In this document: positions 11,837 to 40,478 of the stretch, piece after piece
Layout of the letters: every line of letters starts with the position of its first letter
Position numbering within the stretch: the stretch's first letter is position 1
NCBI GenBank assembly: GCA_964276515.1
Contig: OZ193910.1
Coordinates: 2,852,001-2,916,000 of the forward strand
DNA: 64,000 nucleotides
Direction: 5' to 3'
Source: Gordius albopunctatus
Taxonomy: Eukaryota
Notes under the pieces: generated by a model
The model's database searches: none
The model's input: only the letters and a program-made list of their open reading frames with translations
Told to the model about the DNA's origin: nothing
Program-made: the position numbers and the translations under genes

Positions 11837-14800
11837 ATGGTTAACCTTAAAGCACTTTGCCCCTCTTGTAAGAGAATCATTGGAATAAATAAAAATTTCC
11901 TCTTTTTTTTACATGGCCCAACGTCAGCAAGATGTAAATATTCTGGCCAAAAAGCCCCACCAGTAAGTGCAATTCCCCCTATAACTATTATAAGTGATAT
12001 TGGAGAACAAACATCCCCTTTAATAGCAAATGAAGAGGATAATCAAGCAGAAGTTGAAGACAGTCATGCCCTTAATTTTAATGATTACAGCTTGCTACCA
12101 AATATTACACCTCCAGATTTTTCATGGAGTAATTCCTTCCTCACTCTCTCCTTTCCTAAGACGTTATCTAGAATTCCTAGAGGGGCAAGACTGGCCGTCC
12201 AACAATTTATTATAAATCTGATAACGTCCATAACTAATGATCCGAAGAACCTTGCTAATTGGGACAAAATCCTTAAATTCTCATACCACATTCTCTTTAT
12301 CAGGCCGCCCGAAGACTTAAACCTATCTAAACAAATAAAAGACTCCATTGCTACTTTTGAAACCTGTACACTCTTATGCCCTTCCCAGACAAAACCTGCT
12401 TTTGCATCATCTTTGAAACATACTGCTAAGCTTGTATCCAGCAAAATTAATCATTTTAATCCAAAGGGAGCTCTGAGGGTGTTTTATGGCAACGATACAA
12501 TCGCCTCAAGCACACAGGAAACTTACAACCAGCTTATACTAAAGCATCCTCCTTCGTCATCCTTAGATAAATATCCCTACTCTAAATCCAACATATCCTT
12601 AGATTCCACCGAGGTCGCTGAAGCCATTAACTCATTTCCCCTAGATTCTGCAGCCGGCCTAGACGGAATCCGCCCTGTATATCTCCAAGATTTACTTAAA
12701 ATTAATAACCTAAACTCAACATGCCCCCTAAAGGCCATAACATCGTTATGCAATCTCATTGTCAATGGGGACGTGCCTCATGAAATAATACCTATTTTGT
12801 TTGGCGCCAAATTGATAGCGATTAAGAAGCCAGACAATTCACTAAGACCTATCGCTATTGGGGGAATTTTTAGGAGGATTATTTCTAAAATAATATGTAA
12901 TAAAATCAAACCGATCCTTTCCATTAACCTAAGTCCACATCAATTAGGTTTTGGAATAAAGGGTGGCTGCGAAGCTGCTAGTCATGCCGCTAGGCTAGCC
13001 CTCGAAGGCATACCATCGGATCATTGCATGGTCAAACTAGACTTTGCCAACGCTTTTAATAGCATTCGTAGAGATGTCCTTATCGAAAATTTTCTCGAGA
13101 AATTTCCGGAGTTCCATAACTACATCTTATTAAGTTATGGCTCAAAATCCTTTTTAAGATTTGGGGATTTTAAAATAAATTCATCTGAAGGTATCCAACA
13201 AGGTGACCCATTGGGTCCGCCATTATTTTGCTCAGGCATCCAATGTTTAGTGGAAAAAATATCGCACGAATGCGACCTAACACTTAATATTTGGTACTTG
13301 GACGATGCCACCCTTTGTGGTCATCCTCGCGAAGTTTTTAAAGCCATCAAAATTATAAAGGATTTCGAACCAATTTTAAAACTAAAACTAAACGAGACCA
13401 AATGTGAGATCTTTCAACCCCCTGATTACTCATTATATCCACACATTACCCCTTTTTTAGCAATCGAGAAAGACGCTATGTGCCATCTTGGATCGCCTAT
13501 AGGTGGTAGAGTTGGACTCGCAACTTATTTGGAGAAAAATCTCTCTATTTTAAACTCAAAATTAGATCTCTTAAAGTGTTTGCCTTCACACCACGCTTTT
13601 TACATAATGAAAAACTATTTTAATATTTCAAAAATTCAACACTGTTTTTGCTCTTCAAGTGCTTTTTTACACTCGGAAATTTTAAACCTCTTCGAACAGA
13701 ATATTAAATCTATTTTACAATCTATTTTAAATATAAAGTTCAATACTCATAGCTGGTTACAAGCTTCCCTACCAACCAAATCGGGTGGTTTAGGGATTCG
13801 CTCACCTGCCGCAATATCTCTAGTCTCGTTTATTTCATCTTACAAATCGGTACAAGATACCATTTTTAAGTTGTATCCTGTTAAAGAAGACCCGCTTTTA
13901 CCCATTGCTTTAGCTATTTGGGAAAACAATACCAATCCCGGAACACCTTTGCCACAAACCTCACGACAAAAAGATTGGGATGCCGGACTTGTGTTGCGCT
14001 CCGTTGATTATCTAATTTCGAGTAGCGATGCAAGTCAGTGTTCTAATTTAAGGTCGTTTTTGTTTGATGGCTCAGGTCACGAATGGCTAGAGGTCTGCCT
14101 AAGCTGTCTCACCGGGATGATGCTGGAGGACTCGGAACTTTCGTACTCCATAGCTCTCAGGCTAGGGGTGAAATTTTCAAAGCCATTTATTTGCCGAAAT
14201 TGCAGCATACTCCTAGACTAACAAGCCAGGCATCCCTTACACTGCCTGGCAAACAAATTTAAATATGTTAGGCACAATAAGGCCAATACCTTAATTCAAA
14301 GTGCATTGAAGAGAGCAAATATCCCATCCATCTTGGAGCCATCGGAGCCCTCCTTGGAGGGACGTATGCGTCCTGATGGATCTTCTTTAGTCCCATGGAG
14401 CAATGGTCTTCACCTTAAATGGGACTTCACGTGTATTGACCTATTTGCCCCCTCTAACTACAACAATGATTCTTTAGCTGTTGCAGAGGGGCGGAAAGCT
14501 AATAAATACAAAGCCCTATTATCCTCAAACATTTTTATTCCATTGGTTGCTTCGTGTTCAGGCACCTTTGGCAAACAGGCCTTAGCCTTTTTTAAAGAGG
14601 TAGGAAGACGTTCTCCCCCGTCTAAACATTCGGTATCCTTTTTACTTAAACAACGACTTGGTATTCTTATAGCCAAGTACAATTTTAAATCGTTCGCGGA
14701 TTCTTGGCCAATTTTGGAAGATCCCCTCGATGATGATATATTAGAATAGTGTATTATTTTATTTGACGCATTTTGTCTTTTATATTTTATGTATTTATAT

Positions 14801-14857
14801 TATATTACTGTCGACGGATTTTTAACAAATAAACTTTTTAATAATTAAAAAAAAAAT
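11837..14857 (+). mobile_element. CRE-like non-LTR retrotransposon (Zn finger, RT, restriction-like endonuclease), near full length with one nonsense codon
   Basis: N-terminal CPSC...HGP...C motif; RT motifs LRPIAIG, KLDFANAFN, GIQQGDPLGPPLF, WYLDD; C-terminal CRNC...H..HC..RHN, RPDG, WDFTC, KANKY. TAA at 14219-14221 splits the ORF; AT-rich 3' UTR and A-tail at ~14848-14857. Confidence 0.9.
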
Positions 14858-15438
14858 AATAGCGATTCAGTATTGAAATTTTTATATTCAAATACCTATG
14901 TTGAATTCAAATTGTAAAATAAGGGGTCTGTATAAGATTGCGCCAATTATGTGCCCGTAATATGTATGTATTGCGCTAGATTTATGATTAATGGTGCGTT
15001 TAATATTTAGATCAACAATGCGATAGATGTTCCTATATAATTTTTTGGATACTATGTATCAAGGGCGTAGCCAGCTTCGTAATTAGAGTTTTGATTATTT
15101 TTTAAAATTTCAGCCAAAATTTTAAAAAATTTTAGATATAGAGGGAGGAAGCCCCCCCCCCCCACCCTCGGGTACACCCATGCTATCAGGCATTAAAAGA
15201 TTACATAATTTATGATTAAACTATTTAAAATTAAAAAAATAATCTCACTGTGTTTTGCTAAAACTTATAACCATACCACCCTGATTTTTTAATAAATAAT
15301 AACCTACATATTGACGAATTTTTTTAAATGTACAGTATAGGCTTTAATAGAACTGTATTGGGTTGAAGTGAATTCTTACCTTTTTAAATCCACTACAATT
15401 TGAAGACATTAGCCCGAAATCAATGCACGTTTAAATTT

Positions 15439-16021
15439 ATGCAAAAAGCGGCAATATATTTTCTTGCTACACTATCGGGTATTATCGTAGGAGTTACGCT
15501 TTGCGCAATAATATTTTGGCTTTGGAAATTTTTAACTGGGCACAAGATAAAATTTTTGTCTTTATCCACATTAAAACTAGAGAAGCCCTTAGTTATTGCA
15601 AAAGCTCCGCTTGACCAATCTGCAGTAAGTAAAGAAAATACACTGCACGAAAACAAAAAAACGTATGAAAAATCTTTAAAAAAGCAAAATTCAAAGCAAG
15701 ATGATCATTTTGAAAAAATTGATGTTGAAAAGTTTCAGGAACCTATTCCTAAAAGTATTTTAATGTTTTAAAAACCACTACATTCAAATGATTTAGGCTA
15801 AATATATTTTTGATACTTTAGGTAATTCTCCCTATAATAAACCTCTGCTACCAGATTTAGATTTTGTGGAAGAGTTTGATTATTCAAATATAATCATCCT
15901 TGACAAAAAACCTCGTTTTTCATATAAATATTCACCTTCAAAAATATTGTTTTTGAATACTGAGGAATATGAATCTGAAATAGAAAAGGAAACAGTAATA
16001 GGAGATGCTAAACTACCTTAG
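15439..16021 (+). CDS. Putative two-exon single-pass membrane protein of unknown function
   Basis: Exon 15439-15754 (hydrophobic AIYFLATLSGIIVGVTLCAIIFWLW, then Lys-rich) joins in phase through a GT-AG intron to exon 15822-16021, which is open to TAG. Confidence 0.55.
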
Positions 16022-17237
16022 TTCCTAGCAGAATTTTTATGTTGGCCTCTATGTAGTGCTTAGATGATTTGGAGTAGACTGATAGCTCCTTGAAATCAAT
16101 ATTGAAAAGGAGATGTTGCTAATAACCAAAAATCATGATAAAATATTGTCCTTCATAGGTATGTATATATGATTTATGATAATTATCATTTTCAAAGAAT
16201 TTTTGTGATGTCAAAGTTTTTTATATTTTATGACTATATTTTGTTAATGTGCAGCAAAAATTAAAATATTTTAGTTAATAGTAAGGACTATTAAACAAAT
16301 AAGAATTAGAATTTTTTATTTGTTATGCAGGAGTGCCCTGTCAAGATCATTTAGAAACAAAAAAATCATCAAGTAAAATTTATTTTATTTATTAAATTTA
16401 TAACTTTTATATCTAAAATCAAGCTTGAACAACTCTTGATTAATATATAAGGCATTGACTTTTTAAAATTTATTAATAAAAATTTGTATATAGGTATAGT
16501 TCCAATGCAATGAAGAATAATCCACATATTAGAGATCTATGCAGCATACCTGTGCTATTATATTATTTGGACTCATATTTTAATATGTTGTAATGTACTA
16601 AATCATGTAATAAATTTTACAACCTTTTTTAATTTACAGCTAAATAATGGATGAACCATGCCACAAGCTAGGTAAATCTATTAAAGCTATGCAAATATTT
16701 TATATGTTGATTTTTACATTTTGCTCTTTTCCATTTAAGGATTTTCTTTTCAATTAGTCCAATTTTATAAATAATTAATCCACAACAATGAAAATAACTT
16801 ATTTTAAAATTTGCTGAAACAAAAAAATAAAAATGTGATCCCTAATTTATTAGTCAATCATTATACTCTCCAAATAAGCCATTGTTATGCAATTAAAACC
16901 AGATTAAAATGGGTAATTAAGAATTTTAAAAATCATTTATATAACTGCTTAATCATAGAAACCTGCATGATGTGTACTAAGGAGGGCAAAATCATGGTTA
17001 ACATAAATCTTAACCAAAATCTTTTTCAAATATTAAAATAATTTATGCATTTGACAAATTATTATTGAACATTAACAACATGGGTTTATAAAGGAAAAAG
17101 TGCCCCTTCCCCTTTTTTTGGGGTATGCCCGTGAGACTCTACGATCATAGGGATGTGAACAATATCTATTCTAACTGAAATGACTAACAGATAACATTTT
17201 TAAAATCATTAACAATAATACATTAACAATTTATTCT

Positions 17238-19070
17238 CGTGGTCCTATCAACTCGCCGAAAACCATCTCACCAAATTTAATGTCCCCCGGTAGAGATGTA
17301 GAGTTGCTATTATGCTCCAACTTGGACGGAGCATAATAGCTACCATATGTGCTTGGACGCATAAGCTCTGCCATCAAGAGGGGTAAAATGCTTAAGAGGT
17401 TAAGTGTAACAGCAAATACAAGCTCAAGCAGTAGGAATAAGGTAGGATGAACAACTTTAAATAAAAGTAGTTTTGTACGAGCAATTGCTGATAGCAAGTT
17501 GCTCATCCCTTTTGCTCAACGAATGTTTTAATTAATTATATGACATATCGCCTATCCCCTCTTCCCTATCTCTCTTATATGTGTGTAAAGTCTTGGGGAA
17601 ATGTTAATTTAACATAATATTACTTGTAATAATTTATGTGTCTATTTGATGAAATTTAATAAAATAATAATGCTCATTTCGTGTCAATACTTTAATTTGA
17701 ACTAAAAACAGATATAAGACATCTAAATCAAATATATGTAAATAAAATAAAATATCTTTGCTATGTTTTAAACAATAAATTTCAAAATCTTTTGCCAAAA
17801 AAATAAATTCACACCTTTAATAAAACTATTACATACATTGTAACCTGGCTTAAAAACCCATATTAAAAATGTCAAAAAATTTATTAGCATTTGGGTGAGA
17901 CAGAATATTGAAAAATTTATCTTTAAAACAACAAAACATATTTTTGGCATGTATAAAAAATAAATTTTAATATCAGCATATTTTCGCCATATATAAAGAA
18001 TATTCTATAAAGCAAAATTTCCAACTTTTTATAAAACTTTGCACTGTAACCTGGACTTAAAATATTATTAAATATAAATTTAGAAACATTAAGTCATATT
18101 AAGAATGTCAAAAAAATATTTATACAATAAAATATAATTTCGCCATTTATAAAAATAAATTTTAAAAATCATTTTAGATATATATAATGAAAATCGAAAA
18201 AAGTTCGCACCTTTAATAAAATTGTAACATTGACACCTGTTCTTAAAAACGATAAAATATAAAGTTAAACCATAATAAAATTGTCAAAAAAATTATTACC
18301 ACCTGGGTAAGACAGAAAATTAAGAAATTTCTAATTAAATAAATTTTTATATGATTAAGCATATTTTAGCCACATATAAAAAAATTCGCCTGGAAAAATA
18401 TAAATTCATAACAAATAGCCATTGGCGAAGGGAGGGGGTGGTTTTACGGTTAAAACTTCTTTATTTTTGTATTTCGCTTATTAATGTAACTTTGTTTCTT
18501 GAAAATAAACTTTTTAACAAAAAAAAAATTTATACAATTTTTACATTGTATATTTAAAAAAATATACGATGGAATTTTAATTTTATTATTTTTACGCCAA
18601 TGTCACTTTAAACTTTTAGGAGACAAAACATTGATCAAAAAAATTGTTACAAAAAAATTTGAACTTAAAATTTTTTTAACCCCCCGCCCCTTTGAGGTAA
18701 TCCTACTTACGCCTATTCGAATAGACATAATTATTGTTGAACAAAAGAATATACTGTGTTAAAACAAAGTTGCTTTATTGCATGGCACGCGTTAATTATT
18801 ATAATAGATGAGATGCTATGAGCAGTTTAGATAAACTCCTTGCTCATAGCATTTGCTCATATTAAATCTGTTAGTAAACTTTTACTGCTGCTCAGGCACA
18901 CAGCTCTATACATGAGTTACTTTTTGCTACTACCCCTTCGCTTCTCGAGCATTTTCATGTGATACTGTATCCTACTCATGAGTAGAGTAGGATACACAGT
19001 GCTTGTGAGAGGGCAGAGCTCACAGTGAGGAATTCGGCGAGATTGTTTTCGCCAAGTTGACGGGCCACCG
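17238..19070. mobile_element. Non-autonomous DNA transposon with ~40-bp imperfect TIRs
   Basis: CGTGGTCCTATCAACTCGCCGAAAACCATCTCACCAAATT at the left is the approximate reverse complement of AATTCGGCGAGATTGTTTTCGCCAAGTTGACGGGCCACCG at the right; internal degenerate repeats at 17770-18400. Confidence 0.6.
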
Positions 19071-19859
19071 TGGCCAAGAGCCTCGGTAATTTAAAACTCG
19101 AGGTTGGGCATCAAAATTTATTAAGGAAATCATACACGATATAGAATTTTTCTGTATTAAGCCGAAAATCACTATGGCTTCATGCCTGCTCATTGATTCA
19201 ATATATCTATCGTATCCCTTGATACGAGTATATTTCCCCCCCCCTCTTCCCATGTTATTTTATACAAAGAAACGCCGCCGCCACACGTCTCTTCCTTTCT
19301 AATTAATTTCACTACGTGGTACGTGTGTTACTTTTTCTTCCCCCCGTGCCCCCTGGCACAAAGTTCGTTGATTGTAACATCTGTGTACTGATTTTAAAGC
19401 GGTACTTTTCCTTTACATTTAATTTCTAGTACGCGTATGTTATCCCCCCCCCCCGATGCGCTTATACGTGTTTGTTATTTTCTCCCCCGATATTATTATT
19501 GCACGCGTCATTGAATTTGATAACGCGATTCGATTCATTATTATAATTTTCCTTCTTAATGGTAAATAAATAAAATATGTAGTAAAAAATAATACCGATA
19601 ATTCTCCCGTTGGGAGAAGGAAATATATCCCCCTTATTAGCGAATACGATAATATCTTTGCATGTTTTTGTAATAATTTGGAAAGAAATAAATTGTCTTC
19701 GTAAAGAAATAAAAGTAAACTTCAGAAATCAATTGCAAAAGTCAAATCTAATCATTGCTACACAACCATTATAAGCCTAAATTATGGGATTAGCCAGATT
19801 TTTTTTAAAGTTTATTTGTTAAATATCCGTTGAAAGTAATATAATATAAACACATCAAA

Positions 19860-21142
19860 TATAAAAAACAAAATGCGTCAAATAAAATAATAAAATAAAC
19901 TATTCTGATATAGCATCATCGAGATTCGAAAGGAACTTCCAAATTCGGCCAAGAATCCGCGAACGATTTAAATTTGTATTTGGCAATAAGTTCACCAAGT
20001 CTTTGTTTCAGTCAAAAGGATACCTAATGTTTAGACGGGAACAACGTCTTCCTACCTCTTTAAAAATGCTAAGGCCTAAGGTGCCTTAACACGAAGCGAC
20101 CAATGGAATTAAAATGTTCGAGAATAAAACGACTTTGTGTTTATTGGTTTTTCACACTCGGCAGCAATTAAAGAATCATTGTTGTTAGAGGGGGCAAATA
20201 GGTCAATACAGATGAAGTCCCATTTAAGGTAAAGGGTATTGCTCCATGGGACTAAAGAAGATCCATCAGGACGCATACGTCCCTCCAAGGAGGGGTCCGA
20301 TGGCTCCAAGATGGATGGGATCTTTACCCTTTAAGAGCACTTTGAATTAGTCATTCGCCTTATTGTGTCGAACATATTTAAATTTGCTTGCCTGGCTTGT
20401 TCGTCTCTACGAGTGTGTTGAATTTTGAAAATAAATGGCTTCGAAAATTTCACCTCAAGTCTGAAGGTATGAAGTACGAAAGTTTCGAGTCTTCCAGCAT
20501 CATCCCGGTGAGATAGCTTGGGTAGACCTCTAGCCATTTGTGACCTGAGCCATCAACCAAAAACGACCTTAAATTATAACACTGCCTGGCATCGCTAGAA
20601 ATTAGTAGGTAGTCAACGGAGCGCAACACTAGTTTGTCATCCTAATCTCTTTGTTGTGAGGTTTGTGGTAGATGTGTTTCGGGTTCGTAAGGTATTCCCA
20701 AACAGCTAAAGCTATGGGTAAAAGCGGGTCTTCTTTAACCGGGTACAACTTTAAAATGGTATCTTGTACAGATTTGTAAAATGAAAGAAATGAGATTAAA
20801 GAATTGAGGCAGGTGAGCGAATCTCTAAACCACCCAATTTTGTTGGTAGAAAAGATTGTAACCAGCTATGAGTATTGAATTCGATATTTAAAATATATTG
20901 TAAAGATTTAATATTTTGTCCGAAGAGGTTTAAATTTTCCCAATGTAAAGCACTTGAAGAGCGAAAACAGCGCTCAATTTTTGAAATATTAAAATGATTT
21001 TAATTATATAAAAAGCGTGGTGTGAAGGTAGACACTTAAGAGGCCTATTTTTCAGTTTAATATAGAGATTTTTCTGCAATTAATTTTGCAGGTCCAACTT
21101 TACGGCCTATTGGCGATCCGAGATGGCACATAGCGTCTTTCT
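19860..21142 (-). mobile_element. 5'-truncated, decayed second copy of the CRE-like element
   Basis: Reverse complement matches ~13467-14785 (AGAAAGACGCTATGTGCCATC, LEGRMRPDGSSLVPWSN, 3' UTR TTTGACGCATTTTGT); frameshifted. Confidence 0.9.
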
Positions 21143-21902
21143 AAAGTTTGATGATAGTTTGGGGTGAAAGAAAATAATGATATTTTTATAATTTAACTGT
21201 CACATTTTATAAAATTAACGATTTGGATTTAAGCGAGTTGGATTCTTCCTGCTCCAGTGCCTTGGTGTATATATTATTAAGAGTATTTACTCATATATTA
21301 CATTATTTCTATAAGTTATATATGGATCTCTCTAAACATACTTATTTTTGAATTTCATTTCTCTTGTAGCTAAGGAATCTGGGAAAGAGACAATTCAATA
21401 CCTTGAATTTATAGATTTTCTTATGTAGAGCATGATATAAAGATCAATAAAAGAAACTCAATGGTCATGGTTTTGCGCATTCAAATGACCTTCGTATACC
21501 ATACTAATGACAATAAACCTCGCCTATAATTTCCCCTTTTTCTCTTAAAAATTCCAAATATTTAGAATAAAAACATAATCATTTTTCAGCCATACCTAAT
21601 ACTTCCCACCAACCACTAACTGTCCTTTATACTAGCGAATCGATTTTTCAAAAAATAACTTCCATATAAAATGCCTAGATATTGATAAAAAAAATCCCAA
21701 AACTTCTACTAACTACCTATAAATAAGATGCGCGTTGACTGGTTATGACACTATGTGCGTGGGTGTTTGTAATTAGTATTCGTCTTAGATAGCTATATTA
21801 TAGCACTCTGCCCCTCTCTCTCTCCTCAAGTTTACATGATTCAATCATGATCAGATTTAAACCTGTGTTATCCCTTCCCAAATCGCTTGTCATATCTCCC
21901 TA

Positions 21903-38324
<16,422 letters not shown>

Positions 38325-38803
38325 ACTACGAATTCAACAATTTGATTTTAACTCTTATATACTGTTGGCGTTTATTGATTCATTAAATAAATGGCAATTT
38401 TGAAATTGTGATTAAATAATTCAAATAATTCAATTAATTATATTTAAATAATGTGTCAAAGAAATTACGTTGATCCTTTTATAGACTTTGCTTTGGTATA
38501 GATAGTATTATATCTTTAGTATACATTTTTTTTAAATATAAATTATTTCTTGCAACTCGGTTCAGAATATCTAAAGTTTAAGTGAGGTGGATATTATATA
38601 AGTTTTAACTCTTCCCAATGTTGTGAGCACATACCATTTTTAAAACGGGTCCTATACACCTTTCCAATACCCAAAGCTAGATTTTTTAGTCCGAATTAGA
38701 AAATTGGAAATAGTTTTAACCAAAGGAGTATACAGCGGCTGATATGAGGCATACCAGAAAAATTATACATTCAAAATAATATTTGAACGATTGTTACATG
38801 AGA

Positions 38804-38982
38804 ACATGGGCATAGCCAAAGGGTGGCAGGAAGGGACGGCTGCCCCCCCCCCTCTAAATCTAAAAATTCTTTAAAAATTTAATATATACTTATGAGTGAA
38901 ATTTCAAAATATTTGCGTTTGCCTCATCATCCCTAAATCATTATTGCGGCCCCTTTTAATTCTAATTCTGGCCAGGCCCATG
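38804..38982. mobile_element. MITE family A copy
   Basis: CATGGGCATAGCC...GGCCAGGCCCATG; family A body. Confidence 0.75.
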
Positions 38983-38984
38983 CT

Positions 38985-40470
38985 CCCTTATATATAGGTG
39001 TTGAACTGAGTGGAAAGCTTTGGAAATGATTAAGAAAACAAGAACTAAGGGGGTTCCACTAGTATTCGAAACATCCATAATATTTATCTTCTGTAGTCGT
39101 ACGACACATCCTGAATCCCGCCTGATTGTGCCTGAGAAAGTCGTCAATCCACCTTAATAAAATTTTTTGTCTCCAGATAAATTTTTGTTACTCCGCGATA
39201 GTTGTTGGGAGAAGTCTTCTTTTATAAATGGTTTAATAAGGCGACTCAATTACCAAGAATCGGACAACTCCTCTCTATAAAAAAGGTGGTAAATAAGTTT
39301 TTCGGACATGCGGGAGTCCGTTTTAAGAGCTTTTTCAGTCACTTTAATAGTTCGCCGCTTTGTGTGATTCAAGGGATTATGGATAGTGGGAGTGTATCAA
39401 TCGAAAGCAGCGGAGGGCTTTTGAATTGTTTAACTTTTTATATAGTCCAATACTGGAACGAACAAATGTGGTGATAGAATAGAAGGGAAATGGGCTTTCC
39501 AAGGTTTACGTCTGATTTAAACATTTAAGCCGCTGGCTGATTGTAATTTATAATAGGATGGCGCTTAGTGAACGTATTGTAGTTTAGGCTATTAATTTAT
39601 TTAAACAGGCACTGACAGTTATTGGAACGTGCCGCTGCTTCAGCCTTACTGGCCCTAGAATTGATATATGCAATCTTGTCCTCTCGTATAGTTGAATTGA
39701 TACGCATTCTAAGGGCGGACAAGCATGAATATTTAAAAGAAAAAAATATATTAGTCCTTGTCTTCAGAAGATTCAGTGTCTGTTGTTAAAACCATGTTTT
39801 TGTCTTAATGCGATTTTGTTGTTAGGTGAATTTGCAAATATCTTTGAAAATTCAAGACTATGTTCATTAACTGTAAGCTTCGAGAAAGCTGCATTTTAAA
39901 CTGTTTATAAACTCGAGATTGTATGTTATACTACGTGGTATTACTATTTAATTTATGGTTGTAGAGTGGCTGCTATTATGACGAGTTATGTGGTAATCAC
40001 ACAGTAATCTGCACTTTATGTGATGGGATCTAGAATTACTCGAAAATTTTTGACATTTTTAAAATGGCCTGTCTTACAGAGCAAGTGATCTTTTTGACGA
40101 AAGGTAGCCAACGGATCATTGGAAAGTAGAGAAAATATGTAGGCGATTCGCCATCTGTTTTCTTTAGACCATTTTTTAAAATTCCATTTCTATTATTAGA
40201 GCCAACGTGTTCTGACCAATCAAGTTGGCATCATCATGATCCCTAAGAGCAACGGAAGAATTAAGATCTCCTATTATAATTGGCACCGATCTGGAATTCA
40301 AGTCTTTTATTGTCATTGCGATAACACCGAAATTTTTTTTAAAATATGTAATTTATATGATAAAGTTGGTGCTTAGACATTTATAATTAGAACTATGCGT
40401 CCACCTACTTTTAAATTAATAATTAGTATTCTATCGCTAACCCAATTGACCCTCAAAACGATAAAACGTA
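38985..40470 (-). mobile_element. Heavily decayed APE-RT LINE fragment
   Basis: Minus-strand relics PIIIGDLN (APE) near 40270, and IDDFLRHNQAGFR..RTT and VFLIISKAFHSVQH (RT) near 39000-39150. Confidence 0.65.
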
Positions 40471-40478
40471 GTGTGGAC

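Noticed and set aside
14219..14221. Programmed stop-codon readthrough in the CRE-like ORF
   Set aside because: The second copy has GAA at the same position, so a nonsense mutation is the simpler explanation.
14856..14866. Match to trypanosomatid spliced leader (CGCTATTATT on the minus strand) at the CRE 3' junction
   Set aside because: Only ~10 AT-rich nt, partly overlapping the A-tail, with no SL RNA structure; likely chance.
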